DNA of 64,000 nucleotides from Microbotryum violaceum (GCA_001244265.2 CDLV01000004.1:2108001-2172000), one strand, 5' to 3'; positions 42,901 to 60,189 are shown, counted from the stretch's first letter. Notes: generated by a model not told the origin, from the letters alone. Translations and numbers: made by a program.

Positions 42901-45900
42901 GAGTTGGATCTCGAAGCCTCGCGCACTTTTCGAAACGCTTCCTCAAGAAACGGCTGCCGAAAGACGAATCAATTCGTCGATCAATGGATTGGGCTGAGAC
43001 GACGCTGCCCCCACGCCACATCATGTACGCTGCACTCGACGCCTACGCGTCGCTTCTCGTCTACAAGGCGATCAGTAAAAGTCACACACGACCATTGTCG
43101 CCCCTGGTACTTCCACGTGTGGGCACTCAAGTCGCTATCATGTATGAACCTGATCGTCCAATCGCGCGGGGTGTCATCCAGACAGTTGATTCCTCGATCG
43201 ACGAAACGTGCGCGCCTTCACCCGAGTTTCACGGATTCAAATGGGACAAGAGCAGCGCTGTCGTTGCCATCACGCAAATCCTCCTTAATAAATATTTTAC
43301 TAGGGAAAGCGGTAGAGTAATAAACTATTGTCTCCTGTTTTCATCCCCTACTTTTTGTCGTCCAACTGGGCGCTAGTTTTTGTCTGTTTCGTTGTTTTTT
43401 ATCTTTGCCAGCTTCTCTGAAAAAAAAAAAAAAAAGAAGCAGGCAAAGATAAAAAAAGCAAAAAAAGGACAAAAAAGCGAGAGGATGAGAAAAGAGGGCA
43501 AGATCGTCTATTACTAATATACAAATGAAAAGGTGGGTACTTGTTATCTTATATTTCCTTCATTGCTGGAGCGCTCGTTCCCGAATACAACACCAATTGC
43601 GATGACTTTCCACAGCGCGATCTTTTGACCTTACGAGCGTTCTCAATTCAACAGAACACTGACAGCAACGTTCGCTCCCAATGCGGTGACGGATCATTCC
43701 CGTTGCTTTTTGTGCTCGATGCTCTCGTGGTCGACTTGGACGATGAGGTCACCATCGAGAGTTCCGTCCACAGCTCAGCTCACACGTTCACGTCCGCTCA
43801 CAAGCCGTCGCTGTCCTCGGCTCAAATATCTTCGCCTTCAAAAGCACTGGACGTTGGAGCCGTAGCGAACTCCTGCACGAGATAAACGGAGATGGAAGAG
43901 CACACGGAGGACTTCGACGACAGTCTCGATGCGGCGACCGCTGAGACCGAAGAAGCGCTTTTACTCGAACGTTGCGAGACCAATGCGGTTGAGATCTCGG
44001 CCATCTTAGACGCTGCCGACGGAAACAAAGGTTGGTCACTCCGGTTCCTCGGTTGAGTTTGATTTAAGGCTCATTCGATTTTCATCTCTTTCATCTGGTC
44101 AGCCTCGTCGCTCGATGATTCCCAACCCCGAATTCTCATGGATCCCTTCCATTTTTTCCAGAAGATTTATCTATCGAAAAAGCACGGAGCTACAAGAGCT
44201 TTCCTTCGCGCTCTCTCCGATGCCATCTATGTCGTCAACCTAGACGACAAGCATCTAGTGTCGATACGACTCGCCAAAGCGATGATGACTTTCGACGAAG
44301 CCACACGGTCGCCCGCTCACGCCCAATACATCTGGAAGCGTGTCCGACGAACGATTCCTCCTCCAAGCATTCTTGAGCCATTGGTCAGGGAAGTTTTCGA
44401 GGCGTTCGGGTCGTTGCTCGATGCTAAAACAAAGCAGCCCCTCTTCAATAAGGCTGCACTCCTCGCCGCGAAAAGGTGTCTCGAACTCGTTCGAAAGGGA
44501 CAGCTTTCTGATCCAGTGGGCATCGAGCTTTACACCGACCTCGGATGTTGTCGTGGACCTGATGGAACAGCTGATGATGGTGTCCGCTTGTATTCATGTC
44601 GGCGCGGCACGAACGGCCTCGAAGGTGGCATCCATCGAAATCTCCGCGCGCGCTTCGCTAAGTCAGGCGTCACTCCGCGCCATGCAAACGCTCGCCTGCT
44701 GGACTATGTACTAGGACACAAACTTACAGTCAGTCGGCACGTTTATCGGTCGTGTTGACTACAAGCAACAAGAAGCTCATTCACGATTCAAACTTGCAGG
44801 TTGGCACATACAATCGCACTGGGGTGGCTTTCACCGGTCATTTCGACTTATGGCTCACTCTGGATCTGTATCGACTGCGACAAAAAACCGCACATCTTTT
44901 GCCTGTCCGCGAGTCCACAGCCTCCAAGATCATCGATCCGACGCTATACGCGGAGTCCTCGGAGCGCTTAAGTGTGGCACGCGTCGACTTGTTAAAGAGC
45001 TCCCAGTCAGGGCTCACCCTCGAGACGTATGTGCCTCTCACCCCTGTCCCACGCTCGGAACCTCTCGAGTGGAAACCACGTAGCTGGCCAACATCGACAA
45101 CTTTAACAGTACAACGTCTGAAGCCTCGGCATGACTGGCTTGCTGAACGCCAAGGAACTCGATTTGTGATTCTGCACGTGCACTCTCTAAAAGAGCGCGC
45201 GCTCTTCAAGTACTTGCTCAGCCGCGTGCCACCAGACTGGAGCGAAGAGAAGCGCGTGAACAAGATAACTCGAGATTGGAATCATTACGCAGATGGTGAT
45301 GGTGTCTTCTATAAGGTGGGCGTTCTTTCACTCACACCGACTCGCACGCGAACCGGGCTAACGACGTTCGTGCCATTCAATAGATGCCCGAGCACATCAT
45401 CACTTGGATGTCAAAAAGTACGACGCTCGCCAATGCTCAAGCAACTTTGGCAATGGCAGGGGATGACATCAAGACGCTCCAAAAAAGTGCTTGACCCAGA
45501 TCGCGCTCAAGACGTCGACATGCTGCCGACAAAACCTTTGATCGGACATGCTCCGCCAACCCTGGGGCGGCGCTCGGAAGCGGAGGTGGTCGCTTCAGAA
45601 CCTCAAACTGTCGCCATACAGGCTTTCCAAGAAACAAGTGCGGCGACCCTTGCTTTGACCGCTGATGATGGAGTCGAGGGAGCCGGAAAAAGGCGTAAAA
45701 AGCACTGTCGTTTTTGCGGACGTGCGGACTGCCGAGCAAAGGGCTCGCAAGGTTCGGGGCGAGACCCGTACCGTAATCCGTGCGCAGATTGCGGAAGGGA
45801 GTTTGAGGAGTCCGATGAGATGATTGCAGGAAATCCGCCCTCTCGACGGTTCTGTCAGGGTGTGGATAGCAAGGCGACGAAAGGCAAGGCTAGAAAGGAC

Positions 45901-45978
45901 TGTCTGTGTCCAAACGCATGTGCTGCTCAGGCTCAGACCTCTGTGCTTAATCAGACTGTATCTGTAACGCCTGTTTAA
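39990..45978 (+). pseudogene. Dada-type DDE transposase with embedded DEDDy (WRN-like) 3'-5' exonuclease; disrupted
   Basis: N-terminal CxxC...C-C region (FFYWDP, LRCMEC, YKCDNKKC), MSLDHSYK (D1), CYTDQ (D2), exonuclease VGVDAEW...YAALDAYASL, MDPFH (DxxH), RRGTNGLEGGIH (E) and a C-terminal Cys cluster. Interrupted at 43284-43561. Element ends not found. Confidence 0.75.
43284..43561. other. 278-bp AT-rich foreign insertion (possible mitochondrial fragment) inside the Dada ORF
   Basis: Abrupt composition change with a long imperfect hairpin around an A15 run. Removing it restores the frame (AITQIL|IAGALVP). No GT-AG ends. Confidence 0.7.
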
Positions 45979-46059
45979 CCGTATTATAGACCGTTTTAAC
46001 CGTATTATAGACCGTTTTAACCGTATTATAGGCCGTTTTAACCGTATTATATAGACCGT
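45974..46059 (+). repeat. Tandem repeat, 21-bp unit x4
   Basis: TTTAACCGTATTATAGACCGT repeated, overlapping the Dada ORF stop. Confidence 0.9.
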
Positions 46060-46192
46060 GTGGAATCATTACGTTACATGTATACCTATTTTGGCAATGT
46101 ACGACATCCTCCCTTTTTTCCCTTCTTTTCTTTCCTTTCATTTTTTTTTTTTTCGGCTTCGCGGGCAACTCCCTGGACATGGGTAGCGGCCC

Positions 46193-46485
46193 GGACTTTG
46201 GGATCACATTGAGGTCATTCTTGTATTGCACGCACACATAACCGCTCTATCGCTTGTCACTTTGGGCTCACATAAGGTCGGCTTTTGGGCCCACGTCGGA
46301 GGCACTCTGTTCCCACGTCGGAGGCACTCTGTTTCCACGTCGGAGGCACTCTGGTCCCACATCGGAGGCGACTTTGGGATCACATCGGAGCGGACTTTGG
46401 GATCACATCGATGCGGACTTTGGGGTCACATCCGAGGTCATTCTTGTACCACGTTCATGGGAACTTTGGTACCACATAGAGGCCT
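46193..46485 (+). repeat. Array of degenerate 20-23-bp repeats (subterminal-repeat-like)
   Basis: CCCACGTCGGAGGCACTCTGTT x3 and (G)GACTTTGGGATCACATCG variants x5 or more. Confidence 0.8.
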
Positions 46486-49400
46486 GTATCTCTTGCAATA
46501 TGTGATGTATCACTCTGGGGAATGTATGATGTATGTACAGGTCTATAGTACTTCTGGCGGGTGAGACGAGGCGGACAATGCAGTAGTTGCTACATCGGGG
46601 TTCTTCCCCGCTGTGCCGCTCCGCGCCCGTGTCAGCGGTTAAACCTTACGCCGATCGTCACGAGGCATCAAGCGTAGCTTGCAATAAATATCATAGGGTG
46701 GAGCAAACGTTTTTTTCTTGCTGACTAGAATACTTATGCGGTAATGACATAATCACTACATGAGTGAGCTGTAGTGTTCCTTAGGCCTGCAATCGTTAGC
46801 ACCCTTATTCGAGAAAATTCAAACATTCGGCGAAAGCCCTGGGGCCGCGCCAAAACTCGCAGGCGCTCGTCGTTTGACGGGCTACACCGGCAAACTCACA
46901 AATGCCCCTGAAAGCAGCTCCTTTCCTCAGAGCTTCACACGCTCACTGGTCTTTCCCCCACTCTCTCTTTCTTCTTACACGTAAAGTCCTCACGTAAACA
47001 CTCCTCCCTATCTTAGTCGCGCGGAAATACTGTGCATCTCGAGCAAACGACGCCCAGTGAAGGGTTTACCTTCGAGGTAGATGGCGCCAGTCGCACTCAT
47101 CATGTCGACAGGAGAAATGTGCCAACTGCTCCAAAACAAAGGGGGCCGACCACCCATCGCGTTGCAGGAACAAAGCTCCCCAGAGGGATACGCATCGGAA
47201 GTTGACTCGGAAGTGGATGAGGATGAGGACAGTCTGCAAGTCTTGGCAGCTTTGGTCCCGGTTCCCTCAAAGTCCTCGATATCTAGCCCCTCCGCAGTCT
47301 CGGGGCTTTTAATCTCTCCAAAGAGCCGTTCGAGAGACTCCGACGAGGATTCGGCAGACGAGGGTTACTACGGAGTCGACGACGACAATTCAGACGAGAA
47401 ATCAATTGACAACATCTTCTCGGCACTACTCCTGGCTCGGAACGACAAGAAGATCCTTGACCGGCACACGTACGAGCCCTCTCGACAGGACAAAGAGTTA
47501 TCGAACACGACGCGCGAGGCAATTTTCTCAAACATGATCCTCACGACTGCAGAGCACAACGAGCTCCGTCTCAGGCCGCTTGTTCTCAATTGTCGCAAGC
47601 CGAGGTCCGAACGGGAATTTGTACGCAATTCCTGCCTTGGAGCTCCCAAAGTTCAGGCTACAGAGGTATGTTGAAGCTGCATGCTGCGCTGCGTTTTGTT
47701 TCGTCCTGTGAACGACCTAACTTTCATTGGTGCGATCTATTAACAGAAGCATGACTGGGCTCCACGCAAATATGAACGCTGTCTCGCTGTCGTCGAGCGA
47801 CCTTACGGTGACGCGCCCTCGTCTACTCATCATCAACATCCGTCGGAGGTGGCAGTGGGGATCGAATGGCGTCCGGAAGTGCCTATCACCCTTCGAGAAG
47901 CTTGGAGTCAACCCGGCGAAGGTCGACCTGTTGCGGAGGTTCTACGGATTACACATCGTTGCTCGGGGCCTGTAAAAGAGTTCGGGTCAAGGATGTCAAA
48001 CTTGGGTACAAGAAACGAGACAATGACAAGGACCCCGGGAAAACATGCTCTACTCAACTCAAGGTGATCATCCCGGATAGGAAATCAAAGGAGCTTGAGT
48101 TGGGTGGCTGATAAGACTCTCTGTTACCTTCTTCGTCCCTTGTGTAGATCCTCGTTCAGGCCGACGATCTTTCATCGGCGCTGGTGTACACCCTCGGCAA
48201 CCACGAAGGACGCCAACCACCGCCGAACGTCCGACGTCCAGCCCCTTTCATTCGTGCGTTGGCGCATCAGGAAGTCTTTCGGCAGGCCAACACGCCCACG
48301 CTTGCATTTCAAAGTGAGTGTGTGCTCCAAGTTTGCACAAGAAGTTTTCACTTCTCAAGACTGACCATCAGTTCCTTTCTCGATGATGGACGCGATCATT
48401 TCACAGATATGAACCAGCGGATGTCTGTCTGGGAGAAACAGTACGAGATCATTCTCCTGCAGTACAGGAAAGTCGGCGCAAAGCAGCTGCGCAATATGTT
48501 CAGGGCAAAAGGTCGACATAACGCGCAGCATGGATCCTCCTTGTACTCGCTAGCGCGCACGGCTGAGCTGAGACCGTTCACCCTTCAAAATGCAACGGAG
48601 ACCGAGACACGCGGAGTGGCCTAGTGAGTGATCACGATCTAAGCTGCTTGCCGATCTGATGAGCTAACAAGCGGCGGAGGTATTTACCCTTGTCAGCTTT
48701 CAACCTTTTAATGAGAAAACGAAGCAGCCGTTGATCTGCGTCCTGGCCTCCCTCCACTCCATCGACGTGTTGATGTCCTTCGCCACAGTTGGGAACGATT
48801 CAGGCGATTGGTCGCGGTTTGTTGGACTTGACTCAAGCTGGCGATACCTGAACGAGGACCGCGCCCCCCTCACCGCCCTCGTCTCGACTGGCTTGAAAGA
48901 CAAACTTGCGCTAGGTGAGAGCCCGGGAAGCACTTGAAAGGAAGGTCCGGACGAGTACAAAGACTCATTTCATCGCTTATGTATTGTCTTCTTCAGGTCC
49001 TATGCTTCTCTCCAGTGATGTGAAGGCAGACACTCTCGTCATTTACTTGGACACGGTAAACAGCCTGGTCGAAGAGCGCGCCGCGATCCTTGTAAGGAGT
49101 GCGTTGTAAGATGGGTTGACCAGGGTGTGCTGCGCGTCACGACAGTTTTGAGAGGAGTCGCTCACGCCCTTCTGTACCGTCGACGATTTGCATGCGTACT
49201 TCAGAAGCTCGTGAGAATGGGCCCAATCTACCCGGCTCGTCCCCCAGGTTGCCAAATCTTCTCCAAAATGCCGAATTCATCTTGGAAAATCAGTGGCAAC
49301 CACCAAATTTCATGATCGACAAATGTCGGACTGAGCTCAACGCCTTGACACTCTGTAAGCGCCGCTGCTTGCTAGGGCTACTATATGAGATGTGCAGACT

Positions 49401-50071
49401 GCTCTCACAATGTTGAATTCCTGATGATCATTGTCTTCTGCATCTACGTTACTATAGGGAAAGAAAAGCACAACCTCAATTTCCACATACGCCTTTGCCA
49501 ATTCCATGTGGTTCAGGCCATTATTCGGTGGTCGAGTGACAGGAATGACGGCGAAAGGGGCAACACCGTCAAGCCTTCTCGGATTGCTCGCAAGTCGTTG
49601 ATCAACATTTTGTATGAATTTCGATCCATCATCCAGCGCTTTCGTTTCATACGCACCGAGCATGAAACAGATGGGGAGGCGACAGCTCGGCGCTCGGCTG
49701 AGTTCGAAGGGAAGAAGCGGGCGTTCTTTGAAAAATCGGACGCATGGATCGACAAAGAGTTCCGAAGTCGTCGTAAACCAGCAGCAAACAAATCAGACGT
49801 CACCAAGAAGTCGGAACTGGGTTGCAACAGCCGAGAAGAAAACCAATTACAAGCAAAGAAGGATAACTTTCGGGCGTATTTCAATGTCAACTGGTTCGTA
49901 CAAGAGTGGATTGGTGAGTCTTACTTATTCCTTCTTTACGTGTTCTCTCACAGTTGTTTTGGCTCACGCATTTTGTTGTTGTAGGAGCGTCTCTAGTTAC
50001 GTGGCGTCAATAGATGACCTATTGTGAGATAGTGGGTCGCTAAAGGTCAATCGACTGTAACAGAGCGACTA

Positions 50072-50236
<165 letters not shown>

Positions 50237-50239
50237 CTA

Positions 50240-51539
<1,300 letters not shown>

Positions 51540-54500
51540 TCACAGGACCAAAGTATGTAGAATTGACACTGGACACTCGTATCAGTCGCTGGTATGACAA
51601 TGCCTTCTGATCCACCTTGTGCTCACCTGGACACTCGTATCAGTCGCTGGAGAGAGACTAAGAGTGCCCAGGCGCGCGTCCCCTCTTCCTAAGGCCCAGG
51701 CGCACGGGCCTTACACTCTCCACCACCTAAACCAAACTCCCCTCCCTCCTTACACCCTCCCCTCCTTGCCTTGTCCTCCCCCGCCTTCCCACTCTCCCAC
51801 TCTTCCAACGCTGCGGTGTCTTCCAGGTGTGAGCATGGCTCCCATGTGTTGTCGCTGTCTGCCCACCCCTTCCATTTCACCAAGAACCTCTTCCTTGACT
51901 CCTTCCCCTTTTCGTCCACAATCCGTTCTACCTCCCACTCCTCGTTTCCTTGGACGATAATGGCCGCTGGTTCCGTTGCCTCTCGTCCTGGGAACACCAC
52001 CCCATTGTTCTTTACCCAGCGTCGGAGCTTGGAGGCGTGGAAGACGTTGTGCAACTTGTCCCCCGCCTTGAGCTTCAGCTTGTAATTTGAGGTTTCGGGT
52101 CGTGCTGCTAGGACTTCGTAGGGGCCGTCAAACCGGGGAAAGAGTTTGGCTGACCGTGCTTCCCCATCGGCCTTGTACCGCAGTCGTCGATCCCGCGAGT
52201 CGACTAAGACCATGTCGCCAACTGCAAACCCGGGCTCCGGTTTCCTCGCCTTGTTGCTCTGGTTGGCCTGTCGGATCTTTGCAATTGCCAAATTGTCTCG
52301 GGCTTCCGCAACCGCTGCTTCACGTTGTTCCACGATGGATTTGACTGCCTGTGACATGGTTGAGCCCTCCACTGGGGTGATCAGTGTCAGCTCCGGCATG
52401 AACCCAAGTACCACTTTAAATGGTGTCTTCCCCGTCGACCTGTTCATACTGGAGTTGATCACAAACTCCACCGTAGCCAAGTGCTTTGACCAGTCATTTT
52501 GCCGTCGGTTGACCATTGTTCGCAGGACTTGGATCACGGTCCGATTTGTTCGCTCGCTTCGGCCATCCGTTTGTGGGTGGAAAGACGTCGATGTTGCCAG
52601 TTTCGTTCCCAGCTGTCCCATGTACGCTCGCCAGAACTCGCTTGTGAAGAGCTTGTCGCGGTCGGAGACCAGCACTTGTGGCATGCCGAAGTGTCGATGC
52701 CACCCCTCAAAGAACCGGTCCGCCGTGGTAGTCGCGTCGTCCGTCGTGCGGCAGGGGATGAGGCGAACGTAGCCTGAAAGGCGATCTGTTACCGTAAGCA
52801 GTGCGTCATTACCATTGCTAGGTACAAGTGGCCCGACAAAGTCTAGGCCAACTTCCCGCATTGGCCGGTCAGGCACATTCAAATTGTGGATCCGACCGGC
52901 AAAACCGGTGCCATGCATCTTCATTGTCTGACAAGCAGCACAGGACTCAACGTAATCTTTGCATGCATCCTTCATTCCCGACCAGATAAAGTTGCGGCGT
53001 AGGTGTTCATACGTCTTGTGTAGTCCAAAATGGCCTGCGGCATCATGCGCGTCATGTAGCGCGTCCTCCCGAAAGTTCCCCGTCTTTGGCAGGAGGATCC
53101 GTCCTTCGAACCGTGCGATTCCATTGTCGACTGAGTAGCCTGGTGTTGAGTCAATGTTCTTGATAGCTTGTTGACATTGCGGGTCCTTGCGGTAACCGTC
53201 CCTGAGTTTGCAAAGGAAGGCAGGATCGAGAGTTGCCTCCGCCAGCACGTTGACATTGTCGCTCGCCTGGCGGCCGGCTGTGGGTTCCTCCGGGAAAGAG
53301 TAACGACTCAATGCATCAGCCACTGTATTCTCTGGACCTCGTACATATACAATCTCGAAGTCGTAATCGGCCAGTCGTTCGGTCCATCGAGCTTGTCGTC
53401 GTGAAAGGCTTGGTTGCTTCATGAAGCCCGCCAAGGAGTGGTGGTCTGTGAGGATCTTGAATTGAACACCCAAAAGGTCCGCCCGCCAGCAATGAAGGGC
53501 GTCCACAATTGCAAGCAATTCCATCTCGTGGGCTGCATAGTTGCCTTCCGCTGGGTTGTACTGTCGTGACCAATAGCCTGCCGGCATGGCCATCTGCCAT
53601 TGCTTTCCTTGACTGAGTGCCGCCCCGATTCCCCAATTGCTCGCGTCCGTCATCAGCCATAATGGGTCGCCCTTGTCGGAATGGTCAATGGGATGTAGAG
53701 AAGGAAGGTTGCCCACCAAGGACTTGATTGCCTCAAACGCCTTGTCGTGCTCTCCCGTCCAGCCTTCGTCGACATGCACCCCTTTCCGTGTCAGCGGGAC
53801 TAAAACCGCCATCAAATCCGCAAGCTTGTCGATGAACTTCCGCAGATACTGCACCAGACCTAGGAATCCCCGCAATTGCTTCACCGTCCTTGGTTGCGGC
53901 CACTGTTGGATCCGCTCCACCTTGTCAGGATCGACCTTGATGCCTTCCCGAGTGATCTGGTGGCCGAGGAAAAAGCACTCGGCAGCAAACAGTTCCGTCT
54001 TCTTTGGCGATACGTACAGATCCGCCCGTCTCAGCGCCTCCAGGACTAGTCGCACCCGTCGTTCATGTTCCTCCAAGGTGTCGGCAAAGATTGTGATGTC
54101 ATCGAGGTACACGAAACACACGCTCCCGATAAGGTCTCCGAGTGCCTCGTTGACTCGGCGCTGATGCGTTGCCGGGGCGTTGCAGAGTCCCATTGGCATT
54201 ACCGTCCACTCGTACAATCCCCACGGTGTCACAATCGCCGTCTTCCGGATGTCTTCCTCGGCCATCTTGGTTTGGAAGAAGGAGTTTGTCATGTCGATCT
54301 TCCCCCAGAATCGCGCGTTTGAGCAGACCGACAGAATCTCGTCCGGAAGTGGTAGAGGTGTGCGATCTCGGACCGTCCCTTCGTTGAGTACTCGGTAGTC
54401 ACAGACCATGCGTGGTTGGATTGACGGGTCCTTATCCATACCTTTCTTTGGGATGACAAACGCCGGGGACGCGAACTCTAATGACGACTTTCGAAGGCGG

Positions 54501-55814
54501 CCATTGGCGACGTGCTGATCAATCAGGCGCTTCCAGGCTTCCCGGTAACGGTGTGCCGCTCGATAACCCTTCAAGTTCGGTTTTGTTGCTCCGTCCTTCA
54601 GCTCGATTCGGTGTCGGACCGGTGATTCATACATCGAAACCGGAGGAATATCCCCGGGAACCGATCCGCGAACTCGACCCGTAGCTTTGCCTCCCGCCGT
54701 CGCAACTCCGTCAACTCCGTTTCCCTTTGCTGGACCCCGTCGATGTAGGCAATCACTGCACGCCAGTTGATCCGAGCTTTATCGCTTCGTTTGGCATTCC
54801 TCGCCGCGGCTCGCTGGGGTGGGGTCCGAAGACCGGCGCAAGAAGGTCGATCTTTACGTCAGGCATGGTCGGATGTGGCACCAGGATCTTGTGTGCCGCG
54901 AAGTCGATGGTAACCTTGTGTTTTACAAGGAAGTTGAACCCCAGTACCACTTCCAAGGGCTCCTGCAGTTTAGCCACCTTCAGAATCGTGTGTCCCGCTT
55001 CCCATGCGCCATTCTCGAGCGTGATCGGAATCTTTACAAACGAGGTAACATGAAACGCGCGTGCTTGGCCTTTGATTGCAGTTTTGACCAATGTAGGAAC
55101 AGGGAGACGATGCATGACTAACCCCAGTTTCTCAACCACCTTATCTGCGATAAAGGAGGAAGAGGCCCCAGAGTCAGCAAGTGCCTGCAACGTCTTTGAC
55201 TTCGTGTTGTTGTGCAGAGTGATGGGAATGGTGGAGATGAACTGAGGGGCGTACTCGTTTTCTTCGTCCGTTGAGATGTCGTCTTCTGAGTTTTCCGCAA
55301 TTTGATGGAGGGTGTCGTTCTTAGCCGCTTTCGCCATCTTCTTTTCGAATTCGGCCCACCCCTCCGGGACATCCGGTGCCTGCTGCCAGTTGGCTGTACA
55401 GTCGCTCACGCGGTGATCCGTGTTGATGCGTCTGCAGCTAAAGCATCCCTCCTTCTCCGAGAGATAATCCTTCATCGGGTCCGTGAGTCTTGTCGGCCTG
55501 CGTCGAGTGGTCGCCGAGGTCACGAAAGGTCGGCCAGAGCTGGTCTTTGGGCTCGTAGTTGAGGTTTGCGTTCGGGGAGTTGCTACAGGACGAACCGCTA
55601 TGATCACATTCCATTGGGATCTTGCCAATCGCTCGAACACCTCGTAAGATAATGTCTTGAGCTTGGGGAGCGCCGCCTTTGAAGCCGCCACGTAGTCTAA
55701 ATCATCTTGGTGTAGGCCAGTACCCAACAGAAGGTCGTTCTGTCGTAGAACAACGCTCAATTGAGGGTCCATGTTGAACAGTAGGATCTTGATGAACTCG
55801 ATGTCGCTGAGGGC

Positions 55815-56348
55815 TCTTTTTATTTTTTATTTCTGTTTTTCTGTTTTTTTAGACAAAAAGGAAAAGGAAATAAAAATAAGCTGCGAGACAAAAAAGAGAA
55901 TGAACTAGCTTTTTATTTTTTCGCTGGAAGAAAAAAGGGAACAAACTAGCTTTTTATTTTTCCTCTTTTTTAGAAAAACAGGGCGGTTCATGTTGGAAAC
56001 AAAAAATATGATACGCCAAGAGCTAAAAGCACTGGCTAAGAAAGTAAATAAATAAATAATAAATAAATATAATATCGGAATCCTCTCCAGGAATCGAACC
56101 TAGATGAATATATTAGAAGTATAATGTTTTGCCATTAAACTAAGAGGACCGTTACCTCTAAAAGCCTAGTTACTAGTAAATAAGCGATAAATAAACAAGA
56201 TAATAAGCATGAGACTTTTGTCGCTGTAGAGAAAAGGAAGATGTAGAGGAAGATGTAGAGGATGATGTACCTATAGAATTTATTTCTAGTTCCATTATGA
56301 GATTAAAGATGGAGTATTATAAAGCTGTAGGAGACCCTTTCAGAAATT
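55815..56348. other. 534-bp AT-rich, mitochondrial-like insertion (probable NUMT) in Gypsy gag
   Basis: Very AT-rich, contains an organellar-style tRNA, and is flanked by a 70-bp direct duplication of gag (55745-55814 = 56349-56418). Confidence 0.85.
56079..56149 (-). tRNA. trnR: tRNA-Arg(UCU), mitochondrial type
   Basis: Cloverleaf: acceptor GTCCTCT/AGAGGAT, D arm GTTT-AATGGCA-AAAC, anticodon loop CT-TCT-AA, T arm CTAGG-TTCGATT-CCTGG. 71 nt, AT-rich. Confidence 0.9.
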
Positions 56349-57114
56349 GTAGAACAACGCTCAATTGAGGGTCCATGTTGAACAGTAGGATCTTGATGAA
56401 CTCGATGTCGCTGAGGGCGGTCTGGCCAAGCTGCAGCTGTGAGGCCCGAAGTCCCGAAGCCCACGTCGCGTAGTCGTGGTTGCCTTGGTGGCTGTGGCGA
56501 ATACACTGCTCTGTCGTGAAGGCGAAATCCAAGGGTAGTGCCTTGCGGATGAAGGCGACCTTAAGCTCATCCCACGTGCGTTCCTCCGTCGCCGTCACCA
56601 GCCAATCCTTGAGCGCCTCGTGTTCAATGTGGTTGGCGATGAACATTATCTTTAGTCGCATGTTCTTCACTTGGTACTGGAAGAACATGTTGTCCATGTC
56701 GTTGAGGAATGCGCGGATCGAGGAGAGAGTGAGTTTCGTGCCGTTCGCAAGCTTGGGCGCGCTGAGCTTCATGCCCCTTGGCATTGTTGCAACCTCCTGT
56801 TCATCGTCCGAGCTGTCCTCCCTTTCCTCTGGTGCCGATGGTGGCGCTGGTTGGGCGGTGGAGTTCTTGCCACGCGCCATGTTTGTCTGTTACCGTTCGT
56901 TGTTGTTTGTTCGTTCCGTGGGTGTGTCGCTGGCGCACGTGGCAGTGTGCGTCTTTGACCGGTGTGAAAAAATTACACCTGAGCAACGACGACAAGGATC
57001 ACAGGACCAAAGTATGTAGAATTGACACTGGACACTCGTATCAGTCGCTGAAGAGAGACTAAGAGTGCCCAGGCGCACGTCCCCTCTTCCTAAGGCCCAG
57101 GCGCACGGGCCTTA

Positions 57115-57306
<192 letters not shown>

Positions 57307-57309
57307 TCA

Positions 57310-57594
<285 letters not shown>

Positions 57595-57779
57595 TCAAGG
57601 ACGGTTCTGATGGGCAGATGGCATCTGCTCACCGTCTACCTGATCCTGAAGTTTGTCAACAACTACATTGTTGTTATCGACAGGACCCTTCTCTTCATCT
57701 GGCCCCACAGGCAGAGTTGTGACCTCCGGTACACCAACCTGCTCTGATTTGTGTTCCAAGACCGAGATGTCGCGCGTCA

Positions 57780-60017
<2,238 letters not shown>

Positions 60018-60189
60018 TTACGTGGCGTCGATAGATGACCTATTGTGAGATAGTGGGTCGCTAAAGGTCAATCGACTGTAACAGAGCGACTAGGCGAGAT
60101 GTGATATCGAGTGCGTGGTAATGTATTTCAACTAACCTATTGTGAGATAGTGGGTCGCTAAGGGTCAATCGACTGTAACAGAGCGACTA

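Noticed and set aside
43284-43561. Intron of the Dada gene
   Set aside because: The frame-restoring boundaries lack GT/AG and the composition differs from neighbouring introns.
45974-46485. CRISPR-like repeat array
   Set aside because: The repeats are tandem or degenerate with no unique spacers, the context is eukaryotic, and there are no cas genes.
56079-56149. Functional nuclear tRNA or Gypsy primer site
   Set aside because: It is AT-rich and organellar in style, lies inside a recent insert within gag, and is not at the PBS position.
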